Shown: positions 9,153 to 19,083, counted from the first letter of the stretch. The stretch is DNA of 64,000 bases from Prosthecobacter sp. (GCA_030827515.1 JAUREI010000002.1:3053-67052), one strand, 5' to 3'. The notes: a model not told the origin generated them from the letters alone. Translations and numbers: made by a program.

Positions 9153-11282
9153 ATGCCCATCCCCCAGCCCGTTGTTCCCGTCACTGAGGAGCACTTCATC
9201 AACCGCGAACTGAGTTGGCTGGCATTCAACGAGCGTGTGCTGGACGAGGCGGCGCGGCGGGACCTGCCGGTGCTGGAACGTCTCAAGTTCCTGGCGATCA
9301 CCGCGTCCAATCTTGACGAATTTTTCATGGTGCGGGTGGGTGCCCTGCAGTTGATGCGGGAGCAGGGGCGCCGCGCCAAGGATGCAGCCGGCCTGACGCC
9401 GACCCAGCAGTGGGAGCAGATCCAGCAGCGGGCGGGGGCTTTCGTTGCGCGGCAGTATGAGATTTTGGAGACCCAGCTACGGCCCTTGCTCGAGGAGCGC
9501 GGCATTCGGCGCCTCCGGGCCGACGGTCTCAGTGCGGCTCAGCGGGCCCACCTGGAGGACTACTTCATGGAGCACGTGTTTCCGTTGCTGTCGCCGGTGG
9601 CCTTGGATGACGATGCCGCCCGCGTCACGGTGCCGGCGCTGCAGATCGCCCTGCTGTGCTCCGTGGTGTCGGAGCAGGACGGACAGCGGTCGCGCCGGCG
9701 CGTGTTGTTCACACTGCCATCCAACCTGCCCCGTCATGTGCCCGTCCCTGACCTTGAGGCGGCGGCGCATGCCTACGTCAACCTCGAGGATCTGCTTGAG
9801 CTGTTCTTGCCGCGTTATTTCCCGTCGGAAAAGGTGGCCGCCAGCGCGCGCTTCCGCCTCAGCCGCAACTCTGACATCGCCGTGGATGACGAGAGTTCCT
9901 CGGATCTCGCCAGTGAAATGGAGGACGTCCTGGAGGCCCGCCTGCAGAGCCCGACCATCCGCCTTGAAATCGAGGCGGGCGCCCCCCGGGATTTGGTCAA
10001 GGCCGTGCGCGACCTTTGCGGAGCGCGCACCGCCCAGGTGTACACTGTGCCCGGCGAACTCGACCTGCGTGCCGGCTTTCAAATCGCCAGCCTGTCCGGG
10101 TTCGACGATCTCAAGGTTGAGCCCTGGGACAGCCAGCCATCGCCGCTCATCGTTCCGGGAGAGAGCATTTTTGATGCCATCCGTCGTGGGGACATCCTGC
10201 TGCATCATCCCTATGAATCGTTCGATCCGGTGCTGCAACTCGTCGAGGAGGCAGCCACGGACGGGAACGTCATTGCCATCAAGCAGATACTATACCGGAC
10301 GGCCCGCAACAGCCGCATCATCAGTGCGCTGATCCGCGCCGCCCAGGCCGGCAAACACGTCACGGTGCTGGTCGAGCTGAAGGCGCGCTTTGACGAGGCG
10401 CGCAACCTGGAGCGCGCGGAGGAACTGCTCAACGCCGGCGCGCAGATCATCTATGGGGTGCGCGGCCTCAAGACCCACGCCAAAATCTGCCTGGTCATGC
10501 GCCGCGAAGCCGGGCGACTGATTCGCTACATGCACTTTGGCACCGGCAACTACAACGAGGCCACCGCCCGCCTTTACACCGACGTCAGCCTGCTCACCGC
10601 GCGGCCTGAGTTTGGCGCTGATGCCTCGGCCTTTTTCAACACGGTCACCGGCCGCTCACGCTTTGTCCACTTCGAGCGCATTTCCATGGCGCCCTTCGGC
10701 CTGCGCGAGCGCCTGCTGTCGCTTATCCGCAGCGAGACCGAGCGGGCCCGTCAGGGCGAGGACGCCGCGATCTGGCTGAAGATGAATGCGCTTGAGGACC
10801 GGCGCATGATCGAGGCGCTGTACGAGGCCTCCCAGGCCGGAGTGCAGGTGCGCCTCAACATCCGCGGCATCTGCTGTCTGCGCCCGGGGGTACGCGGAGT
10901 CAGCGACAACATCTCGGTGGTCAGCATCATTGACCGCTATCTGGAGCATGCCCGCATCTACTGGTTCCGCCAAGGCGGACGTCCGGCCATTTTCATCTCC
11001 AGCGCCGACTTCATGAACCGCAACTTGTCCAAGCGGGTCGAGTTGCTCGTGCCGGTCGAGGACAAGGAGGCGAAGAAGCGTCTCACGCACCTTCTGGAAA
11101 CGCATTTTGCCGACACCTCCCGGGGGCGCATCCTTCGACTGGATGGTTCCTGGGTGCTGCCGGCGACGCCGGCCGGCAAGGAGCAGAGTTCTCAGGCGGT
11201 CTTTGCCCGCCAGGCGTCCCAGCGCGCACGGGCGCGCGGGCAGTCGCCCGACGTGCTGGTGCCGCACGTGCCAAAGTCCTGA
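9153..11282 (+). CDS. ppk1: Polyphosphate kinase 1
   Basis: FINRELSWLAFNERVL, SNLDEFFMVRV, DILLHHPYESF, VELKARFDEARN, LKTHAK, GTGNYN, RYLEHARI, SSADFMNRNL. Confidence 0.96.
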   Translation: MPIPQPVVPVTEEHFINRELSWLAFNERVLDEAARRDLPVLERLKFLAITASNLDEFFMVRVGALQLMREQGRRAKDAAGLTPTQQWEQIQQRAGAFVARQYEILETQLRPLLEERGIRRLRADGLSAAQRAHLEDYFMEHVFPLLSPVALDDDAARVTVPALQIALLCSVVSEQDGQRSRRRVLFTLPSNLPRHVPVPDLEAAAHAYVNLEDLLELFLPRYFPSEKVAASARFRLSRNSDIAVDDESSSDLASEMEDVLEARLQSPTIRLEIEAGAPRDLVKAVRDLCGARTAQVYTVPGELDLRAGFQIASLSGFDDLKVEPWDSQPSPLIVPGESIFDAIRRGDILLHHPYESFDPVLQLVEEAATDGNVIAIKQILYRTARNSRIISALIRAAQAGKHVTVLVELKARFDEARNLERAEELLNAGAQIIYGVRGLKTHAKICLVMRREAGRLIRYMHFGTGNYNEATARLYTDVSLLTARPEFGADASAFFNTVTGRSRFVHFERISMAPFGLRERLLSLIRSETERARQGEDAAIWLKMNALEDRRMIEALYEASQAGVQVRLNIRGICCLRPGVRGVSDNISVVSIIDRYLEHARIYWFRQGGRPAIFISSADFMNRNLSKRVELLVPVEDKEAKKRLTHLLETHFADTSRGRILRLDGSWVLPATPAGKEQSSQAVFARQASQRARARGQSPDVLVPHVPKS

Positions 11283-11297
11283 CGGCGGGAAACCTGT

Positions 11298-12176
11298 TCA
11301 GAAGTGGGGGGCCGAGACGGTGCCCTCCTCGATTTCCAGCTTCTTGCGGCGCAGGATGGCGTCGGCAATGTCGAGCACCATCTCTTCCAGCAGCAGGCGC
11401 AGGTGGCTGCCCTGCCGGTAGTCGGCTGGCGCGATGTGCTTGACGCGGTCGGCGAGGGCGGAGAGCTGGTAGCACTTGCGGAAGCTGGCCCGACTGGACT
11501 CGTCCGGATTGTAAACCGCGATGGCGTGGCCGCCGTAGCGCTTCATTAGCGTGAAGCACGGAACATCGGTGGGGCCGTCGCCGATGTAGATCATGTTGTG
11601 AAACGGGATCGGGCGCAGTTCCGGATCCATGTGGTCGTTGACGTCCTCGTGCGGCTCCAGCATGCCCTTGTTGATGCGGAACAGGTACTGGGTCTTGGTC
11701 GTGTGGCTGATGACCCGCTTGGGGAAGCTGATGCGTCCCTCGGCATCGACACCAAATTCACAGCCGAACAGGCGCTTGACCTGGGGCGCCAGCGAGCTGC
11801 CCTCGAGCAGAGCCTTCAGCCCCGAGGAGACGATGTAATGCTCGATGCGGATGCCGAGCGACCGGTGCTGGTCGCTCAGCACCTGATGCAGTTCGCCAAA
11901 CACCTCGGGCACGCCCTTGTAGTAGCGCAGCTTGGCGCCCAGGGCTCGAAGATCGTCGTTGGTGGGGCGGTCCATGCCCAGGCAGTCTAGCAGGCACTTG
12001 AGGTAGGCGAGTTCACCGTCGTAGCCCTCGCTGTCGACCATTTGGCGGCTCTTTTTCCAGAATTGTCCCGGGTGGATGCCGAAATGCGGGAACAGCGTCT
12101 CGTCCTGCATGTAGGTCGGACTCAGCGTCTGATCGTAGTCGTAAATGATGCCGATGGTGGTTTGCAGGGCGGCCAT
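11298..12176 (-). CDS. HAD-superfamily hydrolase
   Basis: Start re-chosen at MAALQTTIGII. Motif I YDYDQTLSP, motif II IVSSG, motif IV YIGDGPTDVP. Confidence 0.85.
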   Translation of the reverse strand: MAALQTTIGIIYDYDQTLSPTYMQDETLFPHFGIHPGQFWKKSRQMVDSEGYDGELAYLKCLLDCLGMDRPTNDDLRALGAKLRYYKGVPEVFGELHQVLSDQHRSLGIRIEHYIVSSGLKALLEGSSLAPQVKRLFGCEFGVDAEGRISFPKRVISHTTKTQYLFRINKGMLEPHEDVNDHMDPELRPIPFHNMIYIGDGPTDVPCFTLMKRYGGHAIAVYNPDESSRASFRKCYQLSALADRVKHIAPADYRQGSHLRLLLEEMVLDIADAILRRKKLEIEEGTVSAPHF

Positions 12177-12183
12177 TCCACAA

Positions 12184-13104
12184 TTAAGGCGCGGAAGCCG
12201 GCCTCGGCAAGCCCAGGAGGTCGGCCAGAGCCGAGTCCAGGTCGGGAAAGGCGAAACGGTAACCGGCGGCAAGCGCCACTCCCGGCGTGGCACGCTGGCC
12301 GGTGAGCAGCATCTCCTCCGCCAGACCGCGCAGCAGCAGGCGCAACGCAAAGGCGGGTGCATGGCAAAACGCCGGGCGGTGCAGCGCCAAAGCCAGCATG
12401 CGCGTGAATTCCGAGTTCGTGACCGGTTCTGGCGCAGACAGGTTGAGTGGTCCCCGCACCGCCTCGGTGTCGATGGCAAAGCGGATCAGCCTGGCGGCAT
12501 CCTCAACATGGATCCAGGACTGCCACTGGCGCCCGTTGCCGAGCCGTCCGCCGAGACCGAGGCCAAAGACCCGCCGCAGCAGCGGCAGGGCGCCGCCGTC
12601 TGCCCCCAGCACCATGCCGGTGCGCAGCAGCACCACCCGCAGGCCAAGGGCTTCAGCGCCGCGCGCCGCGGCCTCCCAGCGTCCGCACAGTTCCGCCAGA
12701 AAACCTCCGCCCTGAGGGGAAGTTTCGTCAATCTTGCCATCGCCGCCGTCGCCGTAGTAACCGGCGCCCGACGCACAAACCAGGACCCCGGGCCGGTTCT
12801 CAGGTCGCCAGGTCGCCAGATGTCGAACCAGCGCCTCGGTGAAATCCACCCGGCTTTTCCAGATGCGCTCACGCTTTGAGGGGGTCCACAGCCCCATCAG
12901 GGATTCACCGGACAGATGGACGAGGGCGTCGAGGCGTGTTTCCGGCAGGGCATGGGGCGCTTCAGGCGGCTGGCGCAGCATCTCGGCGGCCCGTGCGGGG
13001 GATCTGGTGCCGCGTGTGTAGGCCACGACCTCGCCCGGACGGCAGGCGACACGAGCAAAATGTCCGCCAATGAATCCGGTCGCTCCTGTCAGGCCGATGC
13101 GCAT
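12184..13104 (-). CDS. TIGR01777/YfcH-family NAD(P)-dependent epimerase-like oxidoreductase
   Basis: TGATGFIGG Rossmann motif, LVHLSGE, SGAGYYG, LRTGMVLG, GRQWQSWIH, NLSAPEPV. Confidence 0.92.
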   Translation of the reverse strand: MRIGLTGATGFIGGHFARVACRPGEVVAYTRGTRSPARAAEMLRQPPEAPHALPETRLDALVHLSGESLMGLWTPSKRERIWKSRVDFTEALVRHLATWRPENRPGVLVCASGAGYYGDGGDGKIDETSPQGGGFLAELCGRWEAAARGAEALGLRVVLLRTGMVLGADGGALPLLRRVFGLGLGGRLGNGRQWQSWIHVEDAARLIRFAIDTEAVRGPLNLSAPEPVTNSEFTRMLALALHRPAFCHAPAFALRLLLRGLAEEMLLTGQRATPGVALAAGYRFAFPDLDSALADLLGLPRPASAP

Positions 13105-13143
13105 GAACGGGTTACGCCCGCGGTGCGCGTGGCGTTGCGGCCT

Positions 13144-13371
13144 TTAAGGATTCCGCCACCAGTCGGAGGGCTTTTCCCAGGAGGCACTCCGCGTTTCCCG
13201 GCCATGGTCGTCGCGCAACAGGGTGTCGGCATCGGTTTCCGCCAACTCCTTGAGCAACTGCTCGTGCGGCCGCGGTCGTGTCGTTCGCCGCCAGATGTGC
13301 CAGGCGGCGGTGGCCAGGCAGCCGATGAGAAAAAATAGGGTGCAGAGGGTGAAGAGGACGAACCAGTCCAT
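13144..13371 (-). CDS. Small single-pass membrane protein, hypothetical
   Basis: MDWFVLFTLCTLFFLIGCLATAAWHIW hydrophobic helix followed by a charged tail ending WEKPSDWWRNP. Fills the gap between two same-strand genes. Confidence 0.6.
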   Translation of the reverse strand: MDWFVLFTLCTLFFLIGCLATAAWHIWRRTTRPRPHEQLLKELAETDADTLLRDDHGRETRSASWEKPSDWWRNP

Positions 13372-13448
13372 GGCCGCGGTGTCCACGGCGTGAGCACCGG
13401 CTTGAGGGCGCTGCAGGAACACGGCAAACGCGGTCGGCATGGCTTGGA

Positions 13449-13916
13449 TCAGTCGAAGACCAGGCGCATCGGGATCATGCTCGAGTGCGAGAAGCCATTG
13501 TGGGCGAAGAAGGCCTGTGACTCGGCGCTGATCTTGTCGGTCAGCAGGGTGATGCGGCGGAAGTTTTTCTCGCGGGCAAAGTCGATGGCATAACGCAGCA
13601 GCTGCGTGCCGTATCCCTGCCGGCGGTGCTGGGGGTGAATGATGACATCCTCCATGAGGATGACAAGGCCGCCCTCGGCCGTGCTGATGGTGAACAGGAG
13701 GTTGACCATGCCGATGACCTGGTGGTCGGTGCGCAGCACGAAAATGCGGCCGCGGTTGGGTTGCTCAAGGATGAGTCGCAGACCGTGTTCCTGCTTGGTC
13801 TTGTCAGGGCGGAAGTCGGCTTCGACGCTGAACAGCGCCACCAGCAGTTCCACCAGCTGTGGCAGGTCTTCGATGGTGGCGGGCTCGATCCGCGGGGCGG
13901 TACTGACTTTCGGCAT
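13449..13916 (-). CDS. GNAT-family N-acetyltransferase
   Basis: Acetyl-CoA motif A: MEDVIIHPQHRRQGYGTQLL; AQAFFAHNGF. An alternative start is 13925. Confidence 0.9.
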   Translation of the reverse strand: MPKVSTAPRIEPATIEDLPQLVELLVALFSVEADFRPDKTKQEHGLRLILEQPNRGRIFVLRTDHQVIGMVNLLFTISTAEGGLVILMEDVIIHPQHRRQGYGTQLLRYAIDFAREKNFRRITLLTDKISAESQAFFAHNGFSHSSMIPMRLVFD

Positions 13917-14013
13917 CAACTCCAATGTAGCCTGCGGCGTGCCAAAGGCAATGCCGGGAATCCCGGCGCAACCGACAGGCCCTGCACGGGTTCCAGAGGA
14001 AGAACACCCGCCA

Positions 14014-16509
14014 ATGAAACGTTTTTTTGCCTTTGCCCTTCTGCCCTCTGTCGCCTGGGCTGCGGAATCGGCTGCCGACAGTCATGCCGGCATTCCCGCC
14101 GACCAACTCGCCTTCTTTGAGAAGCATGTCCGTCCGGTGCTGGTGGAACATTGCTACTCCTGCCACTCCGCCGAGGCGGAGAAGGTCAAGGGCGGCCTGA
14201 CTCTGGACACCCGACAGGGTCTGCAGCTCGGCGGTGAATCCGGTCACCCCGGGGTGACGCCAGGACGGCCCGACCTGAGTACTCTGCATGAGGCGGTCAC
14301 CTGGGCCAATCCGGACATGCAGATGCCGCCGAAGGAAAAGCTGTCCCAGGAGGCGGTTGCCAGCCTGAAAAAGTGGATCGAAATGGGCGCGCCGGACCCG
14401 CGTGAGCAGTTGGTGCCAAACCCGGCCGGCGGCCGGCGAGTCATCGACATGGAGGCAGGCCGGAAACACTGGGCCTTTCAAAAGCCGGTCAACACCGAGG
14501 CACCGGAGGTCAAGAAGGCTGGATGGGCGAAGACCGACATCGACCGTTTCATCCTCGCGGGACTGGAGGCAAAGGGCCTCAAGCCGGCGCAGGACGCGGA
14601 TCGTCGGACCCTGATCAGACGCATCGCCTTCGACCTTACCGGCCTGCCCCCCACTCCCGATGAGGTGCGCGCCTTTGTCGGGGATGAATCGCAGCAGGCT
14701 TTGGAGCGTGTGATCGACCAGTACCTCGATTCGCCGCGCTTCGGGGAACGCTGGGCCCGGCACTGGCTCGACGTCGCACGCTACGCCGAGAGCAGCGGCA
14801 AGGAGACCAACATCCTGTATCCGCATGCCTGGCGCTATCGCGACTGGGTGATCGATGCCTTCAACAAGGACAAACCCTACGATGCCTTTCTCAAGGAGCA
14901 GCTTGCCGGCGACCTGCTGGCTTATGAGAACAAGCACGACCAGGCGGAAAAAATCGTCGCCACGGGTTTTCTCGCCATTGGTGCCAAGGGACACAACAAT
15001 CGTGACCGCCGCCAGTTCGCGATGGACCTGGTGGATGAACAGATCGACGCCGTGTCGCAGTCGATGCTGGGTCTGACCCTTGCCTGCGCGCGCTGCCACG
15101 ACCACAAGTTTGATCCGGTCACCCAGCGCGACTACTACGCGCTCGCGGGCATCTTCCTGAGCAGCGAGACCCTGTATGGAACCTACGAACAGCAGCAGAA
15201 CGGAAACCCAAGCTCACTCATTGAGCTGAACCCCGCCGCCGGCCAGGTGGCCGGGTTGGCGCCGATTTCCCCCGCCGAATTGGCCGAACTTCAGCGCCGG
15301 CTGAAGGAGGCCAACGAAGCGGCGGAGGCGCAGCAGCGCGAGGTGATCGCCCAGCGCAGTGCGAGCAACCCCGTGGTCAATTTCCTGCGCGTGCGCCAGG
15401 CCCGCGATCGCGCCACGGCGGTTCAGGCCGACCTCGACCTGTTCCGCGAGGATGGCGCGCCGCGCGCGCTGGCGATGGGGGTGCTTGACCGCGACCGTCC
15501 CATCAATGCACCGGTGCTGGTGCGCGGTGACCTCAAGCAGCCCTCCGATGTCGTGCCGCGCGGCCTGGTCGAGGTACTCTGTGAGAAAGGCGAGCCCTTG
15601 AGCATCGCCGAGGGCAGCGGCCGTCTTGATCTGGCGTACTGGGTTGCCTCGGAGGACAACCCGCTGACGGCGCGCGTGCTGGTCAACCGGGTCTGGCTCA
15701 AGCTGATGGGGCAGGGGATCGTGCCGACACCGGACAACTTCGGCTTCATGGGTCAGTCGCCGACGCATCCGGAACTGCTCGATCACCTGGCCGTCCGCTT
15801 CATGGAGGATGGCTGGTCGGTGAAGAGGCTGATTCGTTCGATCCTGATGAGTCGCGTTTATCAACTCGGCTCCGGACATGATCCGGCGAACCATGCCGTC
15901 GATCCCGACAACACCTGGCGCTGGCGGATGACCCCGCGGCGTCTCGAGGCCGAGGTCATCCGAGATGCCATGCTGGCCGTGGCGGGCGAACTGGATCTGT
16001 ATCCTCCGGATGGCTCGCCGGTGGCCCGTGCCGGGGAGGGGCGCGAGGGCCTGATCAACCTGGCACGCGAGCTCGCGAGTCGTCCCAACAACCATCGCAG
16101 CATCCACATGCCCATCGTGCGTGACCAAATCCCCGAGTTTCTCAACGTCTTTGATTTTCCCGATGCCAGCCTTGTCAGCGGCGAGCGCGACAGCACGAAC
16201 GTGCCCGGGCAGAGCCTGTTTTTGATGAACAGCCCGCAGGTGCTGGCGCTGGCCGACGCCTTTGCGCGGCGCCTTGCGGCCTACGAGGGCGATGGTCCCG
16301 AGCGCTTGGCCCATGCCTATGAGCTTGTCTTTGCCCGTCCGCCGAATGCGCGGGAGGCCGAGGCGATTCGCCGCTTCTGGCAGGAATTTCCGCGCCTGGC
16401 CGCCGCCGGTCGAAACACCGTGCAGGCTCAGGAGCAGGCACGTAACGCCGCCTTCTCCGCCTTTTGCCAGAGCCTCTTCGCCAGCGCAGAATTTCGCTAC
16501 CTCAACTGA
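14014..16509 (+). CDS. Planctomycete cytochrome c + DUF1549 (PSCyt2) + DUF1553 (PSD1) secreted protein
   Basis: Signal peptide MKRFFAFALLPSVAWA. FFEKHVRPVLVEHCYSCH, HWAFQKP, GERWARHWLDVARYAES, LACARCHDHKFDP, NPLTARVLVNRVW, THPELLDHLA, RRLEAEVIRDAML. Confidence 0.93.
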   Translation: MKRFFAFALLPSVAWAAESAADSHAGIPADQLAFFEKHVRPVLVEHCYSCHSAEAEKVKGGLTLDTRQGLQLGGESGHPGVTPGRPDLSTLHEAVTWANPDMQMPPKEKLSQEAVASLKKWIEMGAPDPREQLVPNPAGGRRVIDMEAGRKHWAFQKPVNTEAPEVKKAGWAKTDIDRFILAGLEAKGLKPAQDADRRTLIRRIAFDLTGLPPTPDEVRAFVGDESQQALERVIDQYLDSPRFGERWARHWLDVARYAESSGKETNILYPHAWRYRDWVIDAFNKDKPYDAFLKEQLAGDLLAYENKHDQAEKIVATGFLAIGAKGHNNRDRRQFAMDLVDEQIDAVSQSMLGLTLACARCHDHKFDPVTQRDYYALAGIFLSSETLYGTYEQQQNGNPSSLIELNPAAGQVAGLAPISPAELAELQRRLKEANEAAEAQQREVIAQRSASNPVVNFLRVRQARDRATAVQADLDLFREDGAPRALAMGVLDRDRPINAPVLVRGDLKQPSDVVPRGLVEVLCEKGEPLSIAEGSGRLDLAYWVASEDNPLTARVLVNRVWLKLMGQGIVPTPDNFGFMGQSPTHPELLDHLAVRFMEDGWSVKRLIRSILMSRVYQLGSGHDPANHAVDPDNTWRWRMTPRRLEAEVIRDAMLAVAGELDLYPPDGSPVARAGEGREGLINLARELASRPNNHRSIHMPIVRDQIPEFLNVFDFPDASLVSGERDSTNVPGQSLFLMNSPQVLALADAFARRLAAYEGDGPERLAHAYELVFARPPNAREAEAIRRFWQEFPRLAAAGRNTVQAQEQARNAAFSAFCQSLFASAEFRYLN

Positions 16510-16525
16510 ACCGTCACTGAGAACC

Positions 16526-17959
16526 ATGAATCCCTCATCCGCGTTCCACGCTTCGCAATCCCGCCGGTCCTTCCTTCGGACGACCTCCAACGGTTTTGGC
16601 TGGCTGGCCTTTTCGGCACTGGCCCATCGGCAGAGTCTGCAGGCCGGATCCGTGCTGGCACCGAAGCAGCCGCATCATGCCGCCCGTGCCAAGCGCGTCA
16701 TCTTCCTGTGCATGCAGGGCGGCCCCTCGCATGTCGACCTGTTTGACTACAAGCCCCGGCTTGCCGAGGCGGCCGGCAAGAGCGCACCGGCGGCGGCCGG
16801 CCGGTATGGCCGGGCCAATCTGATGGCCTCGCCTTGGAAGTTTCGTCAGCACGGCCGCAGCGGCCTGTGGATTTCCGACCTGCTGCCGAATCTGGCCAGG
16901 CACGCGGACGATCTTTGCCTGCTGAACTCGATGGCCACCGATCTGCCGGCGCACCCGCAGGCCTTCACGCAGTTGCACACCGGCAGCACCCAGTTTGTCA
17001 GACCTTCGCTCGGTGCCTGGACGCTGTATGGCCTGGGCACTCAGAACGAGAATCTGCCCGGCTTCGTCACCATCAATCCGCCGGGCAATGCCACCCGCAC
17101 TTATGGCAGCGCCTTTCTGCCGGCGATCTATCAGGGTGCCAAGGTGGGGGGTAACGTGCCGCCCGGCCTGCCGCCGCAGTTCGCCGCCCGTTTCGGCCGC
17201 GGCGTCGGCGAGGCCAGCATGGCCAACATCAAAAACGAGCGTCACAGCACCGGTGCCCAGCGCGCCCAGCTCGATCTCGTACAGGCGCTCAACCACGACC
17301 GCCTGGAGCGTGACGGGGGTTCCAACCCCGAGGTTGAGGGCGTCATCGAGTCCTACGAGCTGGCGTTTCGCATGCAGGCCGAGGTTCCCAAGGTTCTCAA
17401 CCTTGACAGCGAAAGCGCCGAAACCCGAGAACTCTACGGCATTGGTGGGGAGGCAACGGACAATTTTGGCCGCCAGTGCCTGATGGCACGCAAGCTGGTG
17501 GAGGCCGGCGTTCGGTTTGTGGAGATCAGCCTCGGCAACTGGGACCATCACTTCAATCTCAAGGCCAGTATGGAGCGGATGAGCGGGCAGATGGACAAGC
17601 CCATTGCCGGCCTGCTTCAGGACCTCAAGCAGCGCGGCCTGCTTCAGGACACCCTGGTCATCTGGGGAGGCGAGTTCGGTCGTACCCCGCACAGTCAGGG
17701 CGAGGATGGGCGTGACCACAACAACAAGGGGTTCACCCTGTGGATGGCCGGCGGCGGCGTGAAGGGGGGCATGACCCACGGCAGCACCGACGAACTCGGC
17801 TATGAGGCGGTCGACAAGCGCATGCACATCCACGACTGGCACGCCACGGTTTTGCACCTGCTTGGACTCGACCACGAAAAGCTGACTTACCGGTATGCAG
17901 GCCGTGATTTCCGCCTCACCGACGTCTATGGCAGCGTCGCGGCCGAGATTGTGGCCTGA
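16526..17959 (+). CDS. DUF1501 domain protein (Tat-exported, sulfatase/alkaline-phosphatase-like fold)
   Basis: Twin-arginine SRRSFL. AKRVIFLCMQGGPSHVDLFDYKP, RPSLGAW, WGGEFGRTP, GRDHN, HIHDWHATVLHLLGLDHEKLTY. Confidence 0.93.
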   Translation: MNPSSAFHASQSRRSFLRTTSNGFGWLAFSALAHRQSLQAGSVLAPKQPHHAARAKRVIFLCMQGGPSHVDLFDYKPRLAEAAGKSAPAAAGRYGRANLMASPWKFRQHGRSGLWISDLLPNLARHADDLCLLNSMATDLPAHPQAFTQLHTGSTQFVRPSLGAWTLYGLGTQNENLPGFVTINPPGNATRTYGSAFLPAIYQGAKVGGNVPPGLPPQFAARFGRGVGEASMANIKNERHSTGAQRAQLDLVQALNHDRLERDGGSNPEVEGVIESYELAFRMQAEVPKVLNLDSESAETRELYGIGGEATDNFGRQCLMARKLVEAGVRFVEISLGNWDHHFNLKASMERMSGQMDKPIAGLLQDLKQRGLLQDTLVIWGGEFGRTPHSQGEDGRDHNNKGFTLWMAGGGVKGGMTHGSTDELGYEAVDKRMHIHDWHATVLHLLGLDHEKLTYRYAGRDFRLTDVYGSVAAEIVA

Positions 17960-17963
17960 GGTT

Positions 17964-18476
17964 TCAGGCGGGAGGCAACCAGTTGGCGAGGTCGTAGAGT
18001 TTGGGGTCGCGTTGTGGTCCCCGGGCCAGGCGGGCAAGGCGTTTCACCTCGGCAAACAGCAGGTCATCGCCCTCGGCGCCCTCGCCAAGATCGGCCTCCA
18101 GCTTTTCCGGGTCCTCACCTGCTTCCAGGCGCCGCACGGCTTCACGCAGCATTGGCGGGGCCTTGTCACCCATGGCATCTGTCAGTCGGCGCAGGCAGTG
18201 GCCGAGCCGGCGCGGGTCGGGGTGTTCCTCGTCCAGACCGTCGATTTCCCCGGCCAGCCCCTCCATGAGGGATTCCATGCCGGCTTCGTTCATGTCGGCA
18301 AAGGGATCGCCCTCCTCCTTGGCGTTGCCGAGAACGGCAAACCGGCTGACCTGCTTGTCCATCCGGTAGCCGGCATTGTCCGGGCAAAGGGGGACGCATC
18401 CACTCTGCGCCGGGCTGCGCGCGAGGAACTGGTACACCTTGTGGTTGTCCGGACAGTAGAACTCGTAAATGGGCAT
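17964..18476 (-). CDS. FmdB-like (degenerate) zinc-ribbon domain protein
   Basis: MPIYEFYCPDN...CPDN...VSRFA N-terminus, then an acidic helical region (EEHPDPRRLGHCLRR...RRLEAGEDPEKLE). Confidence 0.75.
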   Translation of the reverse strand: MPIYEFYCPDNHKVYQFLARSPAQSGCVPLCPDNAGYRMDKQVSRFAVLGNAKEEGDPFADMNEAGMESLMEGLAGEIDGLDEEHPDPRRLGHCLRRLTDAMGDKAPPMLREAVRRLEAGEDPEKLEADLGEGAEGDDLLFAEVKRLARLARGPQRDPKLYDLANWLPPA

Positions 18477-18579
18477 GACGAAGGCTCGCCACCAGTTTAT
18501 GCCCGCTGGCCGGTCGATGCAACGGGCGCCGCTTTGCCGCCTTGCCGGCCGCGCGTTTCGGGTTAACGAATGGGGTTCC

Positions 18580-19077
18580 ATGACCCGACTCCTGCTGCTG
18601 CTCAGCCTGCCCCTCTATCTCGTCGACCAGGCGACCAAGCTTTGGATCGTGCAAAACTTCCGGCTGCATCAGGACATGCGCGAGATCCTGCCCGGCGTGT
18701 TTTGGCTGCATCACACCGCCAACACTGGGGTTGCCTTCGGCATGTTCAACGGCACCGAATACGCGAATTACGCTTTTGGCGCCATCTCGCTCGGCGCTCT
18801 TGCCCTGCTCGCCTGGCTGCATCGCAGGGGTGCATTCCCGGGTTGGGTGAGCCGCGTGGCGGTTGCCCTGCTCGTTGCCGGAATCCTGGGCAATCTCACC
18901 GATCGACTGCAGCACGGCTACGTGGTGGATTTTCTGCTCTTCGACTTCGGTTTCCCGCCTTTCAATCCCTGGCCCTCCTTCAACGTCGCCGACGCCTGTG
19001 TGGTGAGCGCCGCCGTTCTGCTGGCTCTGGCCTCCTTCACGGAGGCGCCAAAGTCGGCCCGCCCGCCTGTGGCATGA
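18580..19077 (+). CDS. lspA: Lipoprotein signal peptidase II
   Basis: VDQATKLW, NTGVAFG, GILGNLTDRL..GYVVDF, WPSFNVADAC (catalytic Asp pair). Confidence 0.95.
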   Translation: MTRLLLLLSLPLYLVDQATKLWIVQNFRLHQDMREILPGVFWLHHTANTGVAFGMFNGTEYANYAFGAISLGALALLAWLHRRGAFPGWVSRVAVALLVAGILGNLTDRLQHGYVVDFLLFDFGFPPFNPWPSFNVADACVVSAAVLLALASFTEAPKSARPPVA

Positions 19078-19083
19078 TCGGCC

